From the sequence record OP589283.1: a stretch of 64,000 nt of DNA. One strand, given 5' to 3'. The notes beneath the pieces are model-generated. The model had not been told where the DNA came from. It worked only from the letters and a program-made list of their open reading frames with translations, and did no database searches. Numbering within the stretch: position 1 is the stretch's first letter; the number at the start of each line of letters is the position of its first letter. Of the stretch, positions 55,381 through 64,000 are shown one piece after another. Position numbers and translations under genes: made by a program.

Positions 55381-55752
55381 ATGACTTCTCCCTTTTTACG
55401 TAACCCTGCATTATCCCCGTATTTATTTCCTCCCGTTACGGTTACTAAGGAAGAATTATCCTTTTTAGAAGAAGTCCCGTTAATGCGTCTAGATGACCCT
55501 CAGAAGAGTTTTAATAATTCCGCGTATCATTTAAAGGAGTTATTAGAAAAACACAACCAAACGCTTTTTACGTGGTCTTCTGGCACGATGGGAGAGTATT
55601 GTACAGGTGGATACGAAATATTGTGTAAAGGTATCGCAAAAGACCTTCCCGCAAAGTATTTAGTCGCCGGAAATAAATACGTGTACATCTTACAACTACA
55701 CTACGGTAATCATAAAGGACCGGTATGCTTACAATACCTACTAACCTCATAA
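55381..55752 (+). CDS. Hypothetical protein (123 aa)
   Basis: AAGGA RBS; overlaps ruvC by 28 nt. Confidence 0.7.
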   Translation: MTSPFLRNPALSPYLFPPVTVTKEELSFLEEVPLMRLDDPQKSFNNSAYHLKELLEKHNQTLFTWSSGTMGEYCTGGYEILCKGIAKDLPAKYLVAGNKYVYILQLHYGNHKGPVCLQYLLTS

Positions 55753-56336
55753 CCCCTGAAGGCTGGATTCGAGTACTGGGCATTGACCCCAGTACGAGCA
55801 ATATGGGAATTACCATGATAGATGTGAACATGTTTAAAGAAGAAAAATTTAAACTGGTTTATGTTAACACTATTTATGGTGATAAAGTTAACTACGCTAT
55901 TCCAGACCAATTCAACGATGAAGACCACACTGGTGTGGAAGCACGTTGTTATGGATTAGCAAGGGCGTTTAAACAATTGGCTGAATTATATTCTCCTGAC
56001 GTAGTCACATGTGAAGATAACTTTTTAGGGGCTTCAGCAGATACGTTTAAACAGTTAATCAAATGTGTGAATCTATTAAGAGAGTATGCAAATAAACTTG
56101 ATTTACACATGAGCTTCGTGTTACCTAATTTAGCGAAAGATATTGTCGGGGCTAACTTCAGAGGGACACAAAAAGAAGATGTTATACGCGGTATACAAAC
56201 ATATCCTTGGTTGAATAGTGAAGGGTTTGATTTGACTGTTTTAGACGAACATTCAGCAGACAGTGTTGCTATTGCTTTATACCGTTGTGAACAAATCGCT
56301 AAACATTATAAGGTGTTTCATTATGGAGCAAGTTAG
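55725..56336 (+). CDS. ruvC: RuvC-like Holliday junction resolvase
   Basis: VLGIDPS, CEDNF, KDIVG...QKEDV, DEHSADSVAIA catalytic acidic motifs. Confidence 0.92.
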   Translation: MLTIPTNLITPEGWIRVLGIDPSTSNMGITMIDVNMFKEEKFKLVYVNTIYGDKVNYAIPDQFNDEDHTGVEARCYGLARAFKQLAELYSPDVVTCEDNFLGASADTFKQLIKCVNLLREYANKLDLHMSFVLPNLAKDIVGANFRGTQKEDVIRGIQTYPWLNSEGFDLTVLDEHSADSVAIALYRCEQIAKHYKVFHYGAS

Positions 56337-56793
56337 TGAAGAAGAAACGGAATTACACGAAGATGGGTTAGAAACTTACTTTCGTATAGATGAGAATGGT
56401 GCTGAATCTGTCATCATCTTAAAAAATGGGGAAATTATTTATAAAGGAAGTGATCGTCGTCATATCGAAGAGATTACTGAAACACAAGGAGTCCCCCCTA
56501 AAGTAGAAGAAGGTGTGTTTGGTAAATGGAGTGTTATTATTCGTAATACCGCTGGTATTATTAGTACGTTAGTTGTATGTGGTACCAGTGTGGGTTTCTG
56601 GTGGACAACTAACATCTCTGTAACCCAAAACAACGTTTGGCCAGACACAATGACAATCATGTTAACCAACATTGGTCCGGTGATGATAGCGTGGGCGGTA
56701 ATCAACGTCAACAAAACCATTACTACCATTTTTGGTGCGAGAGACAGTCTTGCGTTAGTGCGTGAAAGGCTAGGCCGTGTTTTTAAAAAGTGA
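56323..56793 (+). CDS. Membrane protein with two TM segments and a basic C-terminus (holin-like candidate)
   Basis: AAGGTG RBS before ATG 56323; TM1 IISTLVVCGTSVGFWW, TM2 IMLTNIGPVMIAWAVI; tail RERLGRVFKK. Confidence 0.65.
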   Translation: MEQVSEEETELHEDGLETYFRIDENGAESVIILKNGEIIYKGSDRRHIEEITETQGVPPKVEEGVFGKWSVIIRNTAGIISTLVVCGTSVGFWWTTNISVTQNNVWPDTMTIMLTNIGPVMIAWAVINVNKTITTIFGARDSLALVRERLGRVFKK

Positions 56794-56808
56794 TAATTCA
56801 AAAATAAG

Positions 56809-56841
56809 ATAACGTTACCTCCATGATGGAGGTAACGTTAT
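56809..56841 (+). terminator. Intrinsic terminator
   Basis: 15-bp stem ATAACGTTACCTCCA-tga-TGGAGGTAACGTTAT. Confidence 0.8.
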
Positions 56842-56856
56842 TTAATATATGGACGT

Positions 56857-56876
56857 TTTAAACTCTGTATTATTAA
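56857..56876 (+). promoter_or_regulatory. Candidate early promoter
   Basis: TTTAAACTCTGTATTATTAA, directly after a terminator. Confidence 0.55.
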
Positions 56877-56922
56877 ACCGATAACACCATTGTTATTAGT
56901 TTGTCTTATTACAGGAGTTTAT

Positions 56923-57249
56923 ATGAAGACATTAAACTTTGCCAGAACGATTATTGAAACATTAAGTCATATTGTTGATAAAGTGATGTGTATCAATATT
57001 CAGCTTAAGATTAAGTTACCCTCTGAACCCGCATCCCCATTTTCAATGATTTTTATAGGGTTCGTGTTAATCTTCGCGGCATTGGTTATTAACATCATCA
57101 TTAGACACATTGCTTTACAACGACTTATCGAGGACCCTTATTTGAATATAGGTGTGTACTTTGTTCTCACTCAACTTATTTTGTTTAATGTAGTGGGTGG
57201 GGTGACGATTCTATTTAAAGGAATAGAGAATCTGGTAAAACGACTATAA
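56923..57249 (+). CDS. Small membrane protein (~108 aa, two TM helices)
   Basis: AGGAG RBS before ATG 56923; FSMIFIGFVLIFAALVINIII and VYFVLTQLILFNVVGGVTILF. Confidence 0.75.
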   Translation: MKTLNFARTIIETLSHIVDKVMCINIQLKIKLPSEPASPFSMIFIGFVLIFAALVINIIIRHIALQRLIEDPYLNIGVYFVLTQLILFNVVGGVTILFKGIENLVKRL

Positions 57250-57253
57250 CTTA

Positions 57254-57293
57254 TACTACCCTCTCCTCCCAATTAAGGGAGGAGAGGGTAGTA
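57254..57293. terminator. Bidirectional terminator
   Basis: 17-bp stem TACTACCCTCTCCTCCC-aattaa-GGGAGGAGAGGGTAGTA. Confidence 0.85.
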
Positions 57294-57303
57294 GTTATTC
57301 GGT

Positions 57304-57840
57304 TTATTTTTTAAGGACTTTTTCAAGCACTTCATTGGGAATGGGGATGTTTTCTTTAATGGATTTCATTAAACTGGGTTCATCTCCTAGCGTATTTAAA
57401 ATCATGTTGATATTGTTAATCAACATATTGATTGTAACTAAGCTCATGTAATTAAGATATTCTTCGTGGTCTAAATCACGAGTGACACGAATTAATCTTA
57501 CCCGAGAAACCTGATAACAATATCCAAAATCAGCTTGAATCAAACAGTCATTATCTGCAAGGTATGTGGCAAGTTCACCAACGCGACCTGGGGGTTCAAC
57601 TGGGTTAGGTACTCGTAATGGCTCTACCACCTCGGTAAGTTCCGCACGGTAACTCAGTAGACGATCCCGATAACTGTTTAACTTCATGACTTCTGCTTGG
57701 ATGGATAAATAGTTATCCGCCTCAGAAATGGTTGGGTTACTTGCACACCCCGTCAACACAACCATGCAAATCAAGCAACTTGTCATAGCTGTCAGCATTT
57801 TTAATGGCTTTGTTATCGCGTGTAATAACTGTCTTTTCAT
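57304..57840 (-). CDS. Outer-membrane lipoprotein spanin (o-spanin, Rz1-like)
   Basis: Signal peptide with LTG-C lipobox; periplasmic Cys pair; overlaps the 3' end of an inner-membrane-anchored gene by 104 nt. Confidence 0.75.
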   Translation of the reverse strand: MKRQLLHAITKPLKMLTAMTSCLICMVVLTGCASNPTISEADNYLSIQAEVMKLNSYRDRLLSYRAELTEVVEPLRVPNPVEPPGRVGELATYLADNDCLIQADFGYCYQVSRVRLIRVTRDLDHEEYLNYMSLVTINMLINNINMILNTLGDEPSLMKSIKENIPIPNEVLEKVLKK

Positions 57841-58156
57841 TAGGAGTACCTTCTGATTTGATGGGTTCTTCTATCCCATACTTTTTAAGTAAGTCGTCGT
57901 AGGCGTTTGCGTTAAACTCTTCCCGCTTATTATAATTACTTAACAGCGCTTGGTTGATTTTCTTTTGTTCTGCCATGGCGGTATTAACATTGTTATTAAC
58001 GTTATTCATCAACGTTACTAATTCGTTTAACTTACCTACCGTGGATTCAGAAACAGAAGACTGTCGAGGAAATAACCAAGACAAGGTCAACACAATCAAA
58101 ATAATAATGATGGCGAGAAAATGCAGTTTATTCGCAAGGGTGTAGTTAGCAAACAT
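57737..58156 (-). CDS. Inner-membrane spanin (i-spanin, Rz-like)
   Basis: N-terminal TM FLAIIIILIVLTLSWLF, coiled coil, C-terminal CVDGVC. Confidence 0.75.
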   Translation of the reverse strand: MFANYTLANKLHFLAIIIILIVLTLSWLFPRQSSVSESTVGKLNELVTLMNNVNNNVNTAMAEQKKINQALLSNYNKREEFNANAYDDLLKKYGIEEPIKSEGTPNEKTVITRDNKAIKNADSYDKLLDLHGCVDGVCK

Positions 58157-58167
58157 AATGTTCTACC

Positions 58168-59421
58168 TTAGCCATTGTTAACAACAACAGCTTGTATTTT
58201 CAGTAAGTAAGCGTTTGCCATATAAGCAGGATTCGCGCTACTCACTTGTTTGTGGAAGACGTCACCATAACCAACCCCAGTCGTGTCGTTTATGTACTTA
58301 GTTACTGCACCGATGTCAATATCCAATAAACGGTCGTTTTGGAATTTACGGATGTAGTACTTAGGCATCAATCCATTGGCCAGCAGCATCGGTAATTTTT
58401 CTTTTTCCGATGTCATGTAAGTATAAGGATGATTATAGCGAATAAGTTTTTCTCGGGTTACGTTAACGTTGGGATTATCGAGGATAATCAGGAAACTACT
58501 AATATGGGTAAAGAGTGCAGCCAACACATCCACATCCCGATAGTAATCCTTCCCAATGACAGTTCGTTCTTTCCCGATGATAGTGCTTAGGTCAATAAAG
58601 TCTTGGCTGCGGAAAATACGGTTTACCAAATCATACCGTGTTAAATCTACCGATAAGACAGTATCTCCTGATTTTTTCACAGTGCCGTCAAATAATAACC
58701 TCCCCGCTAAACTTAGCCATACTTTCTTACCTTCTGCTGACTTGGGTAATTTAATGTGAATCTTAGGATTTTCACCAGCAACGTCCAGTGATAAATCCGC
58801 CTGTTGGATAGGGAGTGTTTCTAAATCACTCACCAAGTTAAAATTAAGGCAACCGACATGAATGTTATCGTTAACCTTAAAGTGTTTACCTGCACCCAAT
58901 AAATAGATACATTTATTGTCCGCCACCGCTCTTACTAAATGTCCGTTGATAGTCCAAAGCGTTTTGTTTTTTAGCAATTGATAATCAACCGCAGCGTTAT
59001 CGTTTTTAATAACACGAATATCGGGTGCTTTACTTACTGTTAAGAGATTTTGGTCTCCTTGGGATTTGCGGATATCGCCGGGGTAGAGTTTAAAGTTACG
59101 ATAAGTAATATCGCTATATGTCGCGTTGATTAACGAAAAAGAAGGAATGGTCTCACTAAATTCCAATACGACAGTATTCTTGGTATCCAACCATTGTTGA
59201 ATGGTGAGGTCGCTGTTTTTAAACTCACCTAAGTACCGGAATAAATCAATACTTAATTCTTTTTTATAATAATGGTCGTACACAACCACACTGAGTTTCT
59301 GAAAATCAGTGCTAATTTTTTTCAGTGCCATAGTAGCAATATCAAGAAACACTACTTGAGTAATCGCACTGTCAGAATAAACCCCATATGCACGCTTATA
59401 GGTGCGACTAATATCAGTCAT
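58168..59421 (-). CDS. Conserved virion structural protein (417 aa)
   Basis: LWTINGHL, WLSLAGRL motifs that I recall from phiKZ-family virion proteins. Confidence 0.65.
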   Translation of the reverse strand: MTDISRTYKRAYGVYSDSAITQVVFLDIATMALKKISTDFQKLSVVVYDHYYKKELSIDLFRYLGEFKNSDLTIQQWLDTKNTVVLEFSETIPSFSLINATYSDITYRNFKLYPGDIRKSQGDQNLLTVSKAPDIRVIKNDNAAVDYQLLKNKTLWTINGHLVRAVADNKCIYLLGAGKHFKVNDNIHVGCLNFNLVSDLETLPIQQADLSLDVAGENPKIHIKLPKSAEGKKVWLSLAGRLLFDGTVKKSGDTVLSVDLTRYDLVNRIFRSQDFIDLSTIIGKERTVIGKDYYRDVDVLAALFTHISSFLIILDNPNVNVTREKLIRYNHPYTYMTSEKEKLPMLLANGLMPKYYIRKFQNDRLLDIDIGAVTKYINDTTGVGYGDVFHKQVSSANPAYMANAYLLKIQAVVVNNG

Positions 59422-59485
59422 AGAAACTACCTCAAGTTGTTATAAATAGCCGATCACATAAAATCCAGTTCAAGGAATATCTATA

Positions 59486-59815
59486 ATGAATGATTCTGCT
59501 TTAATACTCAATTATGCCATTAAGAAATACTTAGCCAACATCAAAGAAAAGAACTTATTAAGTAATTCAATCTCTATCTGGATAAATGAAAAAGAAAAGG
59601 CCGGTTATCACATTGAAGACCACAATTGGACGTCAGAAATCCACCTCCTTAAAAATGGCGCCTCAGTGAGTTGTATACAGTCTGAAAATGACGACACATT
59701 GACTTTCTGGTTACCTATTTCTCCTGATGAAAATTCACCTTATCATGCAGATGCAGTAATCAAAGTCTTTAACCATTATAAAACTAACATGCTGGCTTCT
59801 CCGTTTATTTCATAA
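59486..59815 (+). CDS. Hypothetical protein (109 aa)
   Basis: AAGGA RBS, terminator follows. Confidence 0.7.
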   Translation: MNDSALILNYAIKKYLANIKEKNLLSNSISIWINEKEKAGYHIEDHNWTSEIHLLKNGASVSCIQSENDDTLTFWLPISPDENSPYHADAVIKVFNHYKTNMLASPFIS

Positions 59816-59820
59816 CCTTT

Positions 59821-59853
59821 AATTCCTTTGAACCATATTGGTTCAAAGGAATT
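59821..59853 (+). terminator. Intrinsic terminator
   Basis: 15-bp stem AATTCCTTTGAACCA-tat-TGGTTCAAAGGAATT. Confidence 0.8.
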
Positions 59854-59926
59854 TTATATTTACGTATCTTTTAGAAATCCTATAGCTCACCTTTTTGTGT
59901 TCTACCCCTATTAAAGGAAAATAGTC

Positions 59927-60661
59927 ATGGCAACTCCAGTATATCCGTTTAACCCCTATCAGGACATCGTTGCTTGTCGTGTATCACAGACAATAGCAAC
60001 TGTTAATACTAAATCTGAATACGTGCCTCGTGTCGCACCTTTTTTTAGTAATAATGCTGTTGTTACTAAAGTCGGTGATAGTGTTCCGTTAGTCTTTGGT
60101 AAAGATTATGTATTTGCTCATCCGTTTGATGAATTTATCAACGACTATAAACGAAATGTGTTTGGTAGTTTAGTGTTGTTAAAACCTTACACCGGAAGTA
60201 TCAAAGTAGATATTGATACCATCGGTACACCATTCATTTTGAACGATGTGGCATTCGCTAAATTAGTCGCGGACATTCTCACTAAACCCCGTGAAGCCTC
60301 TTGGAATGATTTGGTACCAGAAAGTATTCCTCCGACTTTCCCGACTCCTCCCCACGACCATCCCATCATCCAGACTTATGATTATCTGGAGATGACCACA
60401 ATGTTGCGTAGTCTGATTTTGTCGACCAACAGTAACACGGGTGGGGTGTCTATTGTTGAGCAATTTCTTGCTCACGTTAATGCTGAGTTACCAAGTGCAC
60501 ATGGCGTTAGTAAAACAGATTTGGGGATTGAAAAAATTCCTAATATTCCCCGTGCTGTTAATGCTGATTTTGCAGGAAACAGTAATGATGTCATAATCAC
60601 CATGCAAACTTTAAAAGAAGCGTTCAGACGTTTTGCTGCGGGTACGCTTAATCTGGACTAA
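59927..60661 (+). CDS. Virion tail-associated protein (244 aa), paralogous to the N-terminus of the next gene
   Basis: PRVAPFF, GKDY, PTFPTPPHDH, HGVSKTDLGI motifs. Confidence 0.75.
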   Translation: MATPVYPFNPYQDIVACRVSQTIATVNTKSEYVPRVAPFFSNNAVVTKVGDSVPLVFGKDYVFAHPFDEFINDYKRNVFGSLVLLKPYTGSIKVDIDTIGTPFILNDVAFAKLVADILTKPREASWNDLVPESIPPTFPTPPHDHPIIQTYDYLEMTTMLRSLILSTNSNTGGVSIVEQFLAHVNAELPSAHGVSKTDLGIEKIPNIPRAVNADFAGNSNDVIITMQTLKEAFRRFAAGTLNLD

Positions 60662-60673
60662 AAGGAAACCACC

Positions 60674-63600
60674 ATGAGTTTTTTAGGACCTAATCAGTAT
60701 GAGTTTGATATGTCAGGAGAACACCCTGACAATCTTGTCATCGAAGAACCATTAGAAATCGATCCTGATTCAGGCACTAAAATAGTGGTGCCTAATTACG
60801 GTCCGTGTTACGCTAAAGGATTTAAGTTAACTCTCCCCAACGGGCAGTTACTCACTAAAGAAGTGGATTATCAGTTTTATTCCCTAATGGGTGAGTTAAC
60901 GGAATACACTGGTAAAGGTGTTGTAGGGATTATTGAAATCCTGCGTCCTAACACCAATAAAGTATTAGCGACGTATCAGACATTAGGTGATACCTCATTT
61001 TGGGACAGCAGCCTAATCAAAATGATTATTAATGCTGCAACTGATAATCGCCCAGTCTATTGGGAAAATCTCCATGACAAGCCATTAGGTTTCCCTTCTG
61101 CGGTGCATGGCGAAAGTTTCATTTATCAGTTAACTTCGTTTACCGAATTTGTTAATTTCATTAATGATTTCACACAATCTATTACCGACCAACCTCATTT
61201 AGTAGACGTTAAAGTTGACCACTTAGCAGCATTGATTGATAGCACCATTAATCGTTATAAGTTAATGCTTCAAGATTTAGTTAATGCTCATAGCGGTGCT
61301 TACAACGCCCACGGATTAACTAAAGCGAGTATTGGGTTAGGCAATGTTGACAACTTTAAAACAGCAACAATTAATCAAGCAAGAATAGGGGAAAGCAATC
61401 GTCTTCATTTAACTCCTCCCGGTTTAAAGGAAATCATTAATGAGTTTGGCTATGACCAAAGCCGGTTATTAGAAAACAACTCACTCCCTATCAGCATGTA
61501 CGGTAATCGTAACTTTATCCCCCCATCTATTGACGGAAGTTATGAAGCGGTCGGGGTGACCACCAACCGTGCCGGATTCTGTATTGAGGAAGATGGTAGT
61601 TTGGCTGTATTGGCGCCCCGTTTTGATGGTAAAACAGCAGGATTGTATTTTAGCCAAGTGGTTAACTTTACTGACCCGGCAACTATTAAATACAATTATA
61701 CTGCTGTACGATATGACCATGTGCGTTTAAAAAACGATGGTGTAATTGCAAAGTCAATAATGGGCGGTAGTGATTTTAATGCCATGATTATTGGTGATGA
61801 TACATCAAACAACATGTACGTCACTCTTACCAAAGGTACGTTTAATCCAGCAAAACATGAATTGAAAAAAATTGATGTTTCAAATGCGGGATTACCAAGA
61901 ACGACTGGTGTATTAACTTATGCAAACATGGCTTACTTGGGTGACCGAATTGCAGTGATGATGCATCTCTCCAGAACTGTGGGGAGTAATACAGAGTCGT
62001 TCGGTACAATTAAGATGTTCTATATCGACATAAACGATATTGAAAATCTTTCCATGCAAACTGTTCCATTACGGGATTGGATAATTAATTACACAATGCC
62101 TGATGGCAAAGTGGTTACAGGAAGTCAATACCTTGATTTATCACCAATGAGTGTTGACCCCGATAACCCCGGAAAATTAAAACAGCTTTATTACACATTT
62201 CCTGAGTCCTTATCTGCTAGTGGTGGTGGTTATCGTTCTGTCAACGTAATTTCAACAATTAATCCAGATGATGACACAGAGTCTATTATTAACGTGAATC
62301 GTTCTTTTTATTTTACGTATCGCGATTCTAATAATGTGCTGCGTTCTCATGGAGGGACATCAAACGAAGTTATCTGGAAACGTGTGGATGACACATTCTC
62401 TCTGTTAGACTGTACCCCTATTACCGACATGAATTTAGGTAATTTGGGATTTACGTTACAACCCACAGCAAACGAAAGAACATCAGTTTTCGCCAACCAA
62501 TGTAGTAGTATGCTTTCAAATGGTTGGCGGGCAACGTGTCGTTCCGGTAATGAAGACCACGGATGGAATAATGCGATGTTTACAGAGCGCTCCAACAAAA
62601 CACCATGGGAGTGGTTGTCAAAATGTTCCTACACTGCTAACCACACCATCAATCGCATCGGTAGTAAAGAGACGTTTAATCCTCCAATGAAACGTGGTAT
62701 TAAACCGCTTGAATTAACATGGACAAGAGATGGTTATGAAGTTACCCATCTTAAATCCCAGAATGGTGCCGCCACTAAGACAAAGGTAAAACTACACGAC
62801 ACTAATGCAACTGCTAATTTACCTTTCTTCAATTGGGAAGTAAGACCTGAGGTTAACTTAAAAGAAAACTTAATGTCTCTTCCTATCCCCACAACCGATC
62901 AAGAAACCGAAATTGCGGATTCCTTTGTTAGACCTAATTCTAACATTACTGGTGACGCAGCTTTTCTTTCTTCTGTTAGTGCGGGTTATGGTTTAAACAT
63001 AAAGGGGAATTGGGGGCAAAACAGAAGTGTCGGAGGATTATACGCATTTGACCCAGCATTAATAGCGGGAACTGACGATGGTGTGTTGCTTTATGATAGT
63101 GCGGGTGATTTATTGTATTATCCATCTACCATTGTAAACCAACTGAAGGGATTGGTAGAAGGTGCAGGCGTGCACCCTGTTAAAGGTGTAAGCATTTGTG
63201 ACTTAACTGCCAACGTTAACAAAAACTCTGGTTACTCAGGAAGCTGGAATCCAAATCTCAGTATTGTTGTAGTGACTTATGGTAAGTACGTTCCTTCCGC
63301 ACCCTCTAAGTTTGGACGAATGTTTGTTATACGACCAGTAATTTCTAACAACACTGGAAACTTGTATAATCCTAACTATCCTCGAATTGTAACTGGTTAC
63401 ACAATCTTGGATTCTACACCAGAACGTCAATTTAGTTCTACTGAAGCGCAAATGACGGAAACTACTTGGTCTCTTTCTACTTTAGGGCCTAGTGGTTCAC
63501 AACGTCGCATGTTCCAAGGTTATGTTTCAGGCAATATGATGGATTTTGCATTTGAAACCATGATGTATTCTGCCGTAACTGGTAATGGATTAACCAATTC

Positions 63601-64000
63601 TTTTTTAGGAAGAATCGACCTATCAACAGGGTTGCTGGAAAGTTACAATCACTATGCGTTAGGACCCGCTTGGAACACAAATGCAAAACTCGCGGTACCT
63701 CGTGTGGGGTTGATGACTACTTCTAATTCCCCGGTGGATTACGGAGGTTGCGCTCTACTTGCCAGTTTTAACAGCGTCACTTACTGTTTGTACAACACCT
63801 ATCTGAAAGATGGCTGGTTTGTCTATATTGCAGAATGTGACGTTGTGTTTAACGGGATTAAGGTTCATATCCCTGCTACGGTTATCGATGTTCGAACAGT
63901 TGACCCAAATTATCTCAACCAACGTTTTTATATTTACGTTTATTGGGATGGCAGAAGACCTGCTTATTTTTACTTAAGTAAGTTAAAATTTGCAGAGTCG
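60674..64000 (+). CDS. Long tail-fibre protein (phiKZ gp145/146-family), 3'-truncated, >=1109 codons; absent from the ORF track
   Basis: AAAGGAAACCACC-ATG; spot checks of the frame at 61322, 62162, 63242 and 63962 are open; fibre motif HGLTKASIGLGNVDNF; I did not translate every codon. Confidence 0.85.
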   Translation, partial: MSFLGPNQYEFDMSGEHPDNLVIEEPLEIDPDSGTKIVVPNYGPCYAKGFKLTLPNGQLLTKEVDYQFYSLMGELTEYTGKGVVGIIEILRPNTNKVLATYQTLGDTSFWDSSLIKMIINAATDNRPVYWENLHDKPLGFPSAVHGESFIYQLTSFTEFVNFINDFTQSITDQPHLVDVKVDHLAALIDSTINRYKLMLQDLVNAHSGAYNAHGLTKASIGLGNVDNFKTATINQARIGESNRLHLTPPGLKEIINEFGYDQSRLLENNSLPISMYGNRNFIPPSIDGSYEAVGVTTNRAGFCIEEDGSLAVLAPRFDGKTAGLYFSQVVNFTDPATIKYNYTAVRYDHVRLKNDGVIAKSIMGGSDFNAMIIGDDTSNNMYVTLTKGTFNPAKHELKKIDVSNAGLPRTTGVLTYANMAYLGDRIAVMMHLSRTVGSNTESFGTIKMFYIDINDIENLSMQTVPLRDWIINYTMPDGKVVTGSQYLDLSPMSVDPDNPGKLKQLYYTFPESLSASGGGYRSVNVISTINPDDDTESIINVNRSFYFTYRDSNNVLRSHGGTSNEVIWKRVDDTFSLLDCTPITDMNLGNLGFTLQPTANERTSVFANQCSSMLSNGWRATCRSGNEDHGWNNAMFTERSNKTPWEWLSKCSYTANHTINRIGSKETFNPPMKRGIKPLELTWTRDGYEVTHLKSQNGAATKTKVKLHDTNATANLPFFNWEVRPEVNLKENLMSLPIPTTDQETEIADSFVRPNSNITGDAAFLSSVSAGYGLNIKGNWGQNRSVGGLYAFDPALIAGTDDGVLLYDSAGDLLYYPSTIVNQLKGLVEGAGVHPVKGVSICDLTANVNKNSGYSGSWNPNLSIVVVTYGKYVPSAPSKFGRMFVIRPVISNNTGNLYNPNYPRIVTGYTILDSTPERQFSSTEAQMTETTWSLSTLGPSGSQRRMFQGYVSGNMMDFAFETMMYSAVTGNGLTNSFLGRIDLSTGLLESYNHYALGPAWNTNAKLAVPRVGLMTTSNSPVDYGGCALLASFNSVTYCLYNTYLKDGWFVYIAECDVVFNGIKVHIPATVIDVRTVDPNYLNQRFYIYVYWDGRRPAYFYLSKLKFAES

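Noticed and set aside
4882-56922. Longest-ORF starts at 5862, 11506, 14743, 39662, 47959, 56263 and 56890
   Set aside because: Downstream ATGs (5781, 11482, 14866, 39680, 47953, 56323, 56923) have proper SD spacing, and several of the extensions run into neighbouring genes or the RBS itself
2211-57293. Repeated palindromes as a CRISPR array or transposon ends
   Set aside because: They are dispersed single copies at gene junctions, with no spacer periodicity, cas genes, transposase or target-site duplications
447-63686. Many short opposite-strand or alternate-frame ORFs in the track (e.g. 12375..12872, 24500..24748, 24828..25115, 25368..25715, 44977..45291, 61481..63686 set)
   Set aside because: They lie wholly inside long, RBS-bearing genes with coherent motifs; their S/L-rich composition is the antisense shadow of E/K-rich coding sequence
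1-64000. Stop-codon reassignment, tRNA/rRNA genes, inteins in polymerase, helicase or RNAP
   Set aside because: The standard code already gives near-complete coding density; no cloverleaf or intein signatures were seen, and enzyme lengths fit uninterrupted family members

Overview
64-kb core segment of an AT-rich phiKZ-like (probably Chimalliviridae) jumbo myophage, standard genetic code, near-complete coding density. The family call rests on motifs plus gene order. In order: a virion RNA polymerase beta-prime C-terminal subunit (gp80-like), the exonuclease/motif-A half of a split family-B DNA polymerase (gp82-like), a long head/inner-body and baseplate block (gp84-gp101-like), DnaB helicase, major capsid protein (MCP), a non-virion RNAP beta N-terminal subunit (gp123-like), portal, baseplate and tail-fibre genes, RuvC, a two-component spanin, and a >1100-codon tail-fibre gene running off the right edge that the ORF track missed. 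phiKZ gene numbers come from my recall of the family, not from a database search. The most notable signals are two candidate programmed -1 ribosomal frameshifts. (1) A T7 run at 8140-8146 fuses a 561-aa ORF to a downstream ORF that lacks its own RBS, giving a 719-aa product in the style of tail-chaperone G/GT or P2 E/E+E'. (2) A C CCA AAU heptamer at the end of the MCP gene (39393-39399) is followed 5 nt later by a structured, apparently bistable RNA element, predicting a 748-aa capsid isoform. Also present: two unannotated small membrane peptides (one in a self-contained unit with a sequestered SD), a paralog array of G-x-E-processed head proteins that would expose amphipathic helices, a free-standing HNH endonuclease beside the vRNAP gene, candidate early and late promoter motifs, and a family of related long-stem terminators. 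No tRNA, rRNA, CRISPR array, intron or intein was recognised.
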